DNA of 36,583 bases from Patellaria atrata CBS 101060 (taxonomy: Eukaryota), in NCBI GenBank assembly GCA_010093705.1, contig MU006128.1, positions 1 through 36,583 on the forward strand, in the 5' to 3' direction. Shown one piece after another: positions 7,901 to 18,855 of the stretch (its first letter is position 1; every line of letters begins with the position of its first letter). The translations under genes were made by a program, and so were the position numbers. The notes beneath the pieces were generated by a model, which worked only from the letters and a program-made list of their open reading frames with translations, was not told where the DNA came from and made no database searches.

Positions 7901-10900
7901 GTGGTTCCCACGTATTATCTATATATTCGTAGCCTTTCCATTTTACTAAGTACTTATACTAACTATCTACTTATTATAGGTTTAAGATTCATTCTACCTT
8001 ATAAATATCTTTTTCCTCGAGTTCTATAGGTCGTGTTTAGAGTTTAGCGTTAATATATACTAGTTCTAAGAGTAATATATAAAAAACTAGGTATATCTTT
8101 ATTCCTTATAGTAATTCTAACTTATAATTAACTTTTCCTTTAACCTATTTAATTTTAAAAGGGCCGATTTTCTTATAGTTTAGTTTCTTATTAGGTCGTT
8201 TTATTTTAAGGTTTTTCTATAATAAGTAAACTTTATCCCCCCTTTTAAAGGTTAGTTCTAGCGACCTATACTAATTACTATACTTTATAGCCCTTATCGT
8301 CTAGAAAGCTATATCTCGCGATAACTATATATATAACTTCTTAATTTGCTCGACTTTTAACGTTACTTCTTATAAAGTATTTTAAACTATTCTCGGCTCA
8401 CGATATACTTCTAGTTCGAAACTATAGTTTATATAGAAGGGTGAAACCTTCGTAGTATCGGATTTCGCGCTATTATATACGAATTATATTATCGGTAGTA
8501 GCTTTACCTAGTTATTCTACTAGTAATTTATATAATTACGTAAGTACTACTTTAGAGATTAATTTATTCTCTTAGTTTAGCTATCTATTTATAGGTGGAA
8601 GCTTATTAATAGCTTATAGTTTACCCCTAAACTCTATACTAGAGTTTACTAAAACGTTAATTTAAATAGCTTATCTCTATCTAAGATAATCTCTCTCGGT
8701 ATCTAGTAATTCGCTAGCACTATTTTTATCACTAATACTACTACTTATAGTGCTATTATCGTCGTTTTTACTAGTATAAAGTAGGTGAACTTTATTAATC
8801 GTTCTATAATAACTAATATCGCGTTATACTCTACTTCTATTACTAGATCTTTAGATCTTAGTAGACCTATAATAAAGTCTATCGTTATTAAGTCCTATAC
8901 CCGCTTTAGTGGCTTAATATATTATATCTATCTATAAGGTACGTGTTTTATACTCTTATTTCGTATATAGTTATTATACTCTAAGATAACTTATTTCACT
9001 ATACTTCTAATCCCTAAGAAATAGTAATTTCTTAAGATCCTTTTTAAGGTTTTATTAATACTCTAGTAACTATACGTTAGTACTTTATAGATCTCTTTAA
9101 TAAGGGTCTTTCGTAGTATCGTTAGTATATATATAAGCCCGTTATATAGCTATATTCTTTAAGCTATTTATATTACCCTAGAATTATTACCTCTTCGGAA
9201 CTCCTCTATTATATTATCCTTCTAATAGGTATCACGAATTTGTTATTCTCTCGTGGATTTAACTATTAGCATTACGGCTAATTTTGGCTAATTATAGGTG
9301 ATCGCGTTATTTTCTTTCTTTAGTACTATATTATATACCGGTTTTATTCCTTTTAGGTAGTCAGATCTTCTACTTATAGTATCGGCTAGTTTATTTTCGA
9401 CTCCTAGTCTATAAAATATTTTGAAGTTAAAGGATACGAGTGTTTCCGTCTATCTTACTTATCTTTAATTTAACTTCTTTATCGTGAGGAAGTTTATTAA
9501 GTTTTAGTGATTTAACTAAACTTTTATAGTGTACTTAGGTCCTTTAAAGTATAACCTCCACTATTCGAATACGTCGATAATTGCTAATAATTCCTTATCG
9601 TGTATATCGTAGTTTAGCTCTACGGCCGTGAACTTTCGCGAATAAAAGGTTATTAGATATAATCGTTCTTTCTTATCTAGCTAACTTATATATACACTTA
9701 GTATATAATTAGATACGTTAGTCTCTAGCACTATCGATTTCTCTAGATTAAATATAACTAGGATAGATACTATAATAAACTTCTTCTTAAGTTTATCGAA
9801 TACTTCCTAGATCTTCTCTATTTAAATAAAGGTATTTTCCTTCTTTATTAACTCTAATAGCGACGTTATTACCTTCGAGTACCCCTAGATAAACTTCCTA
9901 TAGTAGTTCGCGAAACCTAAAAATGATTATATATCTTTTACGTTTTTCGGTGTTAGCTAATCTTGAATTATAGCTATCTTTTTTAGGTCTACTCGTATAT
10001 CTTTAGTGGTAATAATAAAGCCTAGGAATTCCATTTCTTTAATATAGAATTTACACTTATCTAGGTATACTAGGAGTCTCTTTTCTCGTAGTTTTATTAG
10101 TATTTTCTTTATATACTTCCTATACTTTTCGAGTGTTCCGTTCGTATATACTAGTATATTATTTAGGTAAGTAGTTATAAATACGTCTAAATACTCTTTT
10201 AGTATATAATTAATCACTACTTAGAACGTTACTAGGGCGTTAGTTAAGCTAAACGGTATTATTATATATTTATATAGTCTAAACCTCGTTTTTATAGCTA
10301 TCTTCCATTCTTCGCCTTCTTTTATTCTAATTCGATAGTAACCGTCTCGGATATCGAATTTCGTAAACTATTTTACTTCTTATAACCTATCCTAGATTTC
10401 TAAGATTAAGGGTAATAGATATCTATTCTTGATTATAGTATTATTTAGCTATCTATAGTCGATATATAATTTTAGCTTACTATTCTTTTTTAGTATAAAT
10501 AGGATCGGTGAAGCTATCGAGCTTTCGCTAGGTCGTATATATCCCTTTTCTAAGTTAGTATAGATATATTCTTCGAGTGCTTTATATTATTCTCTTATTA
10601 ACGGGTAAATTAGACTAGGTTATAGTTTCGTACCCTCCTTTAGCATTATTTCGTGATCCCATGTCTAGTGATCTAAAAGTATAATCGCTATATCTTCCTT
10701 AAATAAATCTTTAAACTTATTATACTCTTTAGGTATTTTAGATTCTTTAGAAACCTTCTTAACGTTTACTTTCCTAAGCTATACTACTCTTACGCTCTTA
10801 GGTTTATTTCTATAGATCTTTATTATCTTATAATATAAAATACATTCTATAGATATACTAGCGTCTATCTATTTAATACGTTTTATTCGCTTAATTCTAT

Positions 10901-11351
10901 CCTTTTTTAAGATATTTTAGTTAATCTAGATACTTCTCGTCTTCTAGTTAATATCTAGGTTCACTATTTATAACTAGTCTATTCCTAGAATTATATCTAT
11001 ATCTCTAAAGTCGATTATAGAAATATATTAAGTGACTACCTTCCCTTATACGCCGACTTCTACTAGTATAGTCTTAAAGTTAATTAGACCTCGTCTATAG
11101 CCTATTCCTTCGCCGTTCCCTAGTCGTAACGGGACTAGATTTTCAAGTTTCGTGTAAGATATACTCTTTCTTTCTACCTATCGGGATGAAATAAACGAAT
11201 TAGTAACACCGCTATCGACTAGTGCTTTTATTCTCTTACCGTATATAGTAACGTCTATTTAAAGCGTTCTATTATTACTTCGTAGGGTTCTAAGGAACTT
11301 AGAAGCTATACTTCTCGATTATTCCTATCTCGAGTGGCTTAGTAGTTTTTT
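7715..11351 (-). pseudogene. pol: pol of element B (protease, RT, RNase H, integrase, chromodomain, AT-hook); C-terminal end approximate
   Basis: Protease KALVDSGVTNSFIS at about 11230-11190. RT YLNN (from YLDD) at 10169-10158, within ORF-track 9957-10217. RNase H YDIHDKELLAI-like motif at about 9600. Chromodomain YLVKWKGY...NTWEP at about 7952-7902. RRKRGRPRK at 7781-7755. Confidence 0.9.
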
Positions 11352-13381
11352 ATATAGCTATATACTAGATAACCGAATTCTATATACACGGTCTAGTGTA
11401 ATCTATCGTGTCGGTTATAGTATAGACCTTTACAATATTCCTCGCACTCTAATTCTCGATATTCTCGTTTAATAATTACGTTATAACTTAGGTTACTTTT
11501 AATTTCTACTCTCTATCTTTACGCGGTATAGTAATCGCACTATATCCCTCTAATAGCGTATTACCTAAAGTCTATCGCGTTATATCTAGTAGCTTACTTA
11601 ATAGTTTCTCTTTTATCTCTAAGCACTTCTATTTCCTATAAAAACACTTTCTCTTCGTAGAACTCTTCTTCTAATCCTCTATAGTACTAGTAATCTATGC
11701 TATATTCGTAATCTACCTATATTACTACTATATATTCTATATAGATTAGCGTCTAGTAATATCGTCTACACCTAAATTTATCTATATAATTGAAACTATT
11801 ATACTTCCTATAGTCGTCTACTAGTGGTTCGAGTCCTCGATTCTTTTTAAGTGTTTTCGTTTCACTTTTATATATTTTATATCCTTTTACCTAGTATTCG
11901 CCTTTAAGTAAGTGTATATAAGTAGGGTCTTAATTTCTAAACTTCGCTATAACCTTCTACTATTTATAGTATAAGTAGTTATCCTCTTTATATTATATTT
12001 ATCGAAAGGCTAAACAATCTTCTACTTTTAGTGTAAGGTTTAATTATTATTCTTCGACGATCGCGTCGGTATTAGGTTCGGGTTCGATCGATTCCTAATC
12101 TTGAAATTCTTATTTAAGCTATCGCTATTACTTTATAATCTAATACGTGAGACTTAGTCCGTTAGATATTTATACTCTAATCCTTTAACCTTAGTTCTAT
12201 ACTAGGTATTCTAATACTATATACGCGTATTCATTTCTACACGCCTAATATTATTAGTGGTTTAAACGTTATCGGAGTATTTCCTCCCCTAGCTAGTTTC
12301 CTACTATAGGAAATAGTGTTAGTAGTCTACTTACTCCTATCTAATATAGTAGTGGCGTTTCTTTAATCTCTTCTTCTTCGAGTGATAAGACTAGTGATAG
12401 TGGTGTTAGGTGTATAACTTTAAGTTATATATATTAGTTATATCGTGAGGGTGGTGGTATCTTTTATAGATAGTCTCTCTTAAAGTGTCCTACCTCTCCG
12501 CATTATAGATACGCTCTATTCGCGAAACGTTCTTTTTCTTCTTAAGTGAACTATCGTTATTTCTTCGACTTCTTTTATTTTATCTATTATAGTCGGTCGA
12601 GGTTTATTAGGTCTCTTTAATCTTATCTATTTATAGCCCTTATTACCTTTTTTCTATATCTAACTATAATATTCTTCCGTCCTCCCTTTTCTTATCTACG
12701 CTTATATAATCTATTATCTATTCTAACTACTAAGGTTATTATATCTTATATAGTCGTTAATCTCTTATAATAAACCTACTTATCCTTTACTTCTTTCTTT
12801 AAACCTTAATAGAAGGCGATTATTAGTGGTTTATCGGGTTAATTTAATATTAATATTACCTACTAGAATATAGTTATATACTTTAAAGTTAATCCTTTCT
12901 ACTTAAGTCCTTAAAGCTTTCTTTTTACTATCTACTATTCGTTAACTTCTCTAAAGACATTTTTAAGTGTTTCCTTAAACTTTAGAAACGACGTAAAGAT
13001 TTTAACTATCTTATTTTCTTAATATTCCTTACTATTCTTAAGATAGTCTTATATAATAGGTTTAAACTATTCTAAAGCGTCTCCTTTAAGGTATACTAAT
13101 ATATCGAGTATACGTTCACTATCGTCCGTTAGCCTTATTCTTTTATAATAAATTCTTATCTAGGTTAAGAATTCTCTTAGCTCGTCTCGTTTACTATTAT
13201 ATAACGCGGGTTCTTTAACTTTCGCGGTTCGCTTCTATAGTGAGAGTAACTATATAGTAAGTTGTTCGAGCTAATCCCTAAATTCTTAAATTATTCCTTT
13301 ATTTTCGAGTTTACTAATATATTTATATAACGCTTAAATATATTCTTTATTTATCTTCGTATTAGCTATAGCTAATAATAT
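11339..13381 (-). pseudogene. gag: gag of element B
   Basis: It is colinear with gag of A but more strongly RIP-mutated. The slippery AAAAAAC is at 11351-11345. Confidence 0.85.
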
Positions 13382-13427
13382 CGTGTTTAGGTCTATTATA
13401 CGCTTTCCTACTACGTGGTAGTTATAA

Positions 13428-14038
13428 TATTATAACGGGAGTCTATACTTATCGAGATAGAACTAGATAAGTCTAGAAACGCGTCTAGCTTCTCACTTAA
13501 TATGGTTAACTATAAAGATAGGTTTAATAAAGTGATAGGATATATATAATAAAAGGCACTTTAAGTTAATAATATAACTTACTAACTCCTTAACTTCGGG
13601 TAATACTCACGATAAGATAAGACGTACTATATAGAAATAATATAATAAGTAAAGTTAAGTTTAAAACCGTAATATCTAAATCTATAGATAAGATTAATAG
13701 TAAGAATAACTACGAAGAATTTAAATATATAAGAGAAAGATTATCCTTAAATATTCTTATTCTCTATAGTTAATTTAGGATACTTATATCCTTTTAGACG
13801 TAATGGCTATTCTAGACGTGGATCTTTTTCCGCGTCTTTTACGTCTATTATATCTATAACTTAGACTCCCTAGATATAGTGAACGTGGATCTCCTTTCGC
13901 GTCTTTTATATCCATTATATCTATAGTCTCTAGTTATATAATCTCTAGTTACTAGTTTCACCCGTAGTTCCCCCGAGTGATATTTCTATTTTCCCTTTAT
14001 TTATAGTCTATATATTCCTATAATCTATAGCTATAATA
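13428..14038 (-). repeat. 5' LTR of element B
   Basis: It is a 611-bp direct repeat of 6605-7215 and is followed on the minus strand by the PBS region and gag. Confidence 0.93.
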
Positions 14039-14282
14039 ATATATTTTATAATTATATAATTTATTTTATTAGATAAAATCTTTTAATATAATAATTATAT
14101 TAATAATTCTTTATAATTTATAAATAATTAATTTTAATATATTTATTAATATTTAATATTATTAATTTATTTATTACGTTAATATTTCTTTATATTATAT
14201 TAGAACTTTTAATAATAAAATAAATTTATTAATATTTTTTTATAATTTTTTTTTTTTCTAAAAGAAATATTAATTTTAATAT

Positions 14283-14590
14283 AAAGATAAGATTTTATAT
14301 TAACTATAAATTAAGAATTAATATTATTTTAAAGATAAAATATTATATTAATTATAAATTAAGAATTAATATTATTTTATTAAAAATAAAATATTATATT
14401 AACTATAAATTAAAAATTAATATTATTTTATTAAAAATAAAATATTATATTAATTATAAATTAAGAATTAATATTACTTTAAAAATAAGATATTATATTA
14501 ACTATAAATTAAAAACTAGTACTATTTTATTAAAGATAAGATATTATATTAATTATAAATTAAGAATTAATATTATTTTAATAAGAATAA
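14283..14590 (+). repeat. About 6 copies of a 48/51-bp tandem repeat
   Basis: The unit is approximately AAAGATAAGATATTATATTAACTATAAATTAAGAATTAATATTATTTT(ATT), repeated head to tail. Confidence 0.85.
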
Positions 14591-15999
14591 AATATAAGAA
14601 AATTATAATAAAAGATAATTATAATATAAATTTAATTTATTATTAAAAATAAGATTAAAATCTTTTATTAAAATAAATTTCGATATTTATATTAAATATT
14701 AATATAAAGATAATAGACTATTAAAATTAATAATAATAAAGTTAAAAATAGTAATAAAAATTATTATCTTATAATTAAGTTATAATAAAGTATTAATTAA
14801 ATTCAAAGATAATAGATAAATATTATAAAATTATAGAATATAATTATTTATTAAAAAGATATTAAAAATTAAAAGGAAAATCTTTATAATTTTATTAAAA
14901 TTAATATTTTTAAAAAAAAATATTAACTTTAATATTATAAATATATTATTAAATTAATAAAGTAAAGCTATAATTAAAAAAGTAAATATTAAGTTAATAA
15001 AGTAAAATATATAAAATATATAACTAATATAATTAATATATATAATAGATTTATTCTAGAATATTATATATAAAAATAAATTTTAAAGAGTAAAATTAAG
15101 ATAATCGATATATTTATAATAAATAAATCTATTATAAACTTTAATAAAATAGAAGAAATAAATATTTAATAATTTTATAATATTTATAAATTAAAGATTA
15201 ATAATAGATTTTTCTAAATTAATTAAAATTAATAATAAAAATAATAATTTAAATTTAAATAAAGACTTAAATAAAAATAAAAAAGATAATATTTTTATAA
15301 ATAATTAAAAATAAAATAATATAGAATATTCTAAATTATTAAAACTTTTAAAATATAAATATTATTTTATTTTAAATTATATTATAAAAGATTTAATTAT
15401 TATTAAATATAAAAATAGAACTATAAATAAAATAAGAAATAATAAAAAACTTTTTAATATTATTAATAAAGACTTTAACTTTTAATTCTTTAAAATATAG
15501 ATAATAATTAAAAATTAAACTTTAAATAAAAGCGTATAATTTAAAATATATAATTAATTAATAAATATAATTATAAAATTAAGAAATAATTAAAAATTTA
15601 ATAAAAATTTTAAAGTTAAATATAATAAATTTATTAAATAATAAAAAAAAGTTTAATAGAAATATAATAATATTATTACTTTTTAAATCGATACTACTAA
15701 ACTATATAAGAGTTTAAAAATATAATTTAGATTTATAGAATTAAAATAAGTTTATTATAAGAATTTACACGATTAATATAAAGCTAAACTAGAGATTATA
15801 ATCTAAAAGATTAAAAAGCTTAAAAAGATATAAAATAGAAATAGAAAATTATATAAATTAAATAATAAAACGGATATTATCACGTAAATTATAAAGGTTA
15901 AAGTAAAAATAGGCTATTATCTATTAGAAATAATACTTATAATAATAATTATCACTATAATAAAGAAAGAATAGATTATAATAATAACTATAAAATAGT

Positions 16000-16904
16000 T
16001 AAAGATTAAAGATATCGTTATTTTAACCGGAATAAAGGTAGACTATCTATTATAGAAGTTCTTTACGCTGCGAAGATTCCGCCTAAATCTAGAATCGTAC
16101 CCGAGTGAAGTATATAAGATCGATTATATCGCTTGCCATATAATAGGCACTCCTTAGAGTATCATTAAAGCCAAAGTTAATGATGAAAAGAATGGCTATA
16201 AGATAGTCATGGAACTCTTTAAGGACCTCGACGGCTCGTATAAAGATATAGACGAACAGCTAGAAGCAGAACTGCTACTAGCTAGTAGCTCGTTTAGGAT
16301 GAAATAGGGCGAAAGGATTAAGGATTTCTACATTCGTTTCCGAGTCGAAGCCCTTAGAGCTGGATTCGACGACCAACGACAGATCCGAAGCTTCGTGCCA
16401 AAGCTAACAAGCAGCTTACGCAAATCCATCACTAACGGAGGCGAATGGAAGACGATGGACCAAATCGTCGCCCACGGAGAGAATCAAGAACGGCAATGGA
16501 GGATCGTCAAGAACGCAGCGGAGGTCGAGGAAGAACCTAGAGGTAGAAACACCGGCTATGCTAGACGCACTCAGAATAAGCAAGATAAAGAGCACGGCGA
16601 ATTTAAGAAGCCCAACTACACGAACAACAGCGATAAGACAGGCGACAGACCGAAATGGATACAACCAGTCATGAATCAATTCATGAAGAAACGGTTATGC
16701 CGTCGCTGTGGCAAGTTTGGACACAATGAGAACGACCCAGCCGCCCCTTGCAAGAACAACGGACCACTAACAGAAAAGGAAGCCCGTGTTCTACTAACAA
16801 ACATAAATATTGCCTACGACGATAGTGAACCCGTTCTGGTCGAAGAGAACATAGAGGCCAAAGCTGACACAACAGACGACGACGACAATGAGTCGGAAAA
16901 CTAG
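16000..16904 (+). pseudogene. gag: gag (capsid to nucleocapsid) of element D; start undetermined
   Basis: FRMK*GERIKDFYIRFRVEALRAGF is in frame with ORF 16395-16904, which carries the knuckle variant CRRCGKFGHNENDPAAPC. It ends GGAAAAC-TAG. Confidence 0.8.
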
Positions 16905-18019
16905 ATCCTCTCGCCATAAGCCGCAGACGAGAGGAAGATCAGCGCATTCTGTTAGCACAGGTCCGAGCCGAGCAGAAGCGCCGAAAGCAGCACGTGGAGT
17001 CATTAGTAGAGATATCTACATGCGCACTAGCAGTTGAAGAGATAACATAAGAGAAAGATCCAACTCTAGAACGGGGTAGACCCTTCGACTTCGAATGCGA
17101 ATACCTCATCGGCAAGCAATTCGTGAAGGGCTCGTGCTTGATCGACACCGGCGCATCCGCCTCAGGCTTCGTCAACAAAGGCTTCGTGCGGAAACATAAG
17201 CTCAAACCGATAGCGCTGAAAGATCCAGTAGTGCTAAGGTTAGCTAACGGTAAACCTATGAAACAACTGACACATATGGTGCTAGTTGGATTAAAGATCG
17301 GACAACACACAGATCAGCAATTATGCTATATAACTGACCTAGGCTTCGATTGCGTATACGGAATGCCGTGGATAAAGCAACATGACCCATCTCCAAAATT
17401 CGAAACCGGCAAGCTCACATTCGATTCTAACTACTGCCTAGCCCACTGTAATAAAGGCCACCGGCCCTGCACAGTCTACAGCTTAGGCACAAAGCAAGCA
17501 GATAAAGACAAAGCCGTGCAAACCAAACACAGAGATATCCGCGAAGTCTCAGCTCGGGCGTTCCACAAGATATCGACAAAAGCAGGGAACGAAGTAATCG
17601 CAATGACTTCACAGGACTTTGAAGCACTGGATGACGACGACGACACCGACACCAGACGGACAAAAGCACTCGCCACAGATCTAATGGCAATCACAGCTGA
17701 AGACTATGAGAAGTTCTTCGCCAAGATCGCAAAAGAACCCATAACAAAGAAGGAGTTGAAGAAGAAGGTACCAAAGGAGTACTGGCCATGGCTAGACAGA
17801 TAGGACCCAAAGAAAGCTAGCGAGCTTCCAGAACGACGCCATGCCGTGGATCATAGAATCGACCTCATTCCAGATGCTATCCCACCGGCCAAGAAGGTGT
17901 TCGGACTCTCAAGAGACCAAGCGCTCGTTGTGCGAGAGTATATCAAAGATATGCTCGGTAGAGGCTATATCCGACCAAGCACGTCGCCATTCGCAGCACC
18001 TATTCTGATAGTAAAGAAG
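16895..18019 (+). pseudogene. pol: pol N-terminus of element D (aspartic protease and RT start), in the -1 frame relative to gag
   Basis: It contains CLIDTGASASGFV (protease), VYGMPWIKQHDP and GYIRPSTSPFAAPILIVKK (RT N-terminus), and ends abruptly at 18019. Only a few RIP-type stops are present. Confidence 0.9.
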
Positions 18020-18288
18020 TGTTAGATGGTGAGGTTCGCTACCGGGTAAATGGATGCTTACTAGTTCAAAACAGTGGTGAAAACAATGGTATGGAACGGT
18101 AGCTTGAGACAGAGCGTTAAACCGTATTAAAACAGATCTCTGACGAGAGCACGGATCTGTGGTGTTTTATCTGTTCTCTTTCTGACCCAGTATCATTGTC
18201 AACTGTTCAGTATATAGTCCATATCCCTCTCAGTAGTTGCAAATCAAGCGATATATTCAGTGCACCTGCAGATCCAGTTTATCTCACA
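18020..18288 (+). repeat. 5' LTR of Copia element E (269 bp)
   Basis: It has TG...CA termini, with the PBS immediately downstream. Confidence 0.82.
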
Positions 18289-18299
18289 GTTATGAGCCC
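18289..18299 (+). promoter_or_regulatory. Primer-binding site complementary to the tRNA-iMet anticodon stem-loop
   Basis: GTTATGAGCCC is the reverse complement of GGGCTCATAAC, the internal tRNA-iMet segment used by copia/Ty5-type elements. Confidence 0.82.
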
Positions 18300-18449
18300 G
18301 GACTTTGTGCTGTTTTGAAGCCGTACATCTTGCTCAATTTCGATCCGTTTATACTCATCTCATTTTGAATCGATATATCCGAATCTTTTGAAGTCAGCTG
18401 TGCTGCTCCACCGTTGTTTACGTCCATCTCTTGTGCTATCAATTTAAAT

Positions 18450-18855
18450 ATGTCGACTTCAACAAATCCTTCGTCTCAAGTGGCCACAGTCACTCTGAAA
18501 GATGTCTCTGACTGGCATAATTGGTACTATCTTATCAAGAATCAGGCGGAAATGGAAGATATCTGGGAATATTATGATCCAGATCTTCAAGAGAAACCTG
18601 AGTTACTATCATCACCGCCCCAACCGGCCAATGTGAAAGAATGGCTCCGTACAGACACTCCACCAACTGGAGAGACCCAAGCATCTATGACCGGATTGTA
18701 CACCTCGCTTAGAGCTAACGCCAGAGATTAATCAGAAAAGAGAGCCAAGATCGTGAAACTCTATTCTCTGATTACGAGTACTATTCCAGCTAGCAACCTA
18801 CCGTTAAGTGAGGAGACGAAAGAACTATACACCCTTTTAAAGAAGCTTAAATAGA
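18450..18855 (+). pseudogene. gag: Copia gag N-terminus (element E)
   Basis: MSTSTNPSSQVATVTLKDVSDWHNWYYLIKNQAEMEDIWEYYDPD resembles fungal Copia Gag N-termini and follows the LTR and PBS. Confidence 0.75.

Larger units (their letters stand above)
6605..14038 (-). mobile_element. Element B: full-length (7434 bp) RIP-mutated Ty3/Gypsy chromovirus
   Basis: It has two 611-bp LTRs, TSD ATATA (6600-6604 and 14039-14043) and a PPT next to the left LTR. The minus strand has gag-PR-RT-RH-IN-chromodomain order. Confidence 0.95.
14044..18019 (+). mobile_element. Element D: Ty3/Gypsy element (long gag, protease, start of RT), interrupted by Copia E; its 5' end may be split by B
   Basis: Recognisable gag and pol occupy about 16000-18019. 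The 5' part (14044 to about 15900) is too mutated to assign firmly. Confidence 0.75.
18020..18855 (+). mobile_element. Element E: 5' end of a Ty1/Copia element (LTR, PBS, gag N-terminus), truncated at about 18855
   Basis: The LTR TGTTAGAT...ATCTCACA begins exactly where D's RT stops. It is followed by PBS GTTATGAGCCC and a Copia-like gag start. Confidence 0.87.

Noticed and set aside
16416..17694. Minus-strand ORFs opposite D gag/pol
   Set aside because: They are shadows of the plus-strand coding sequence and carry no domain signature, unlike the ORF at 7331.
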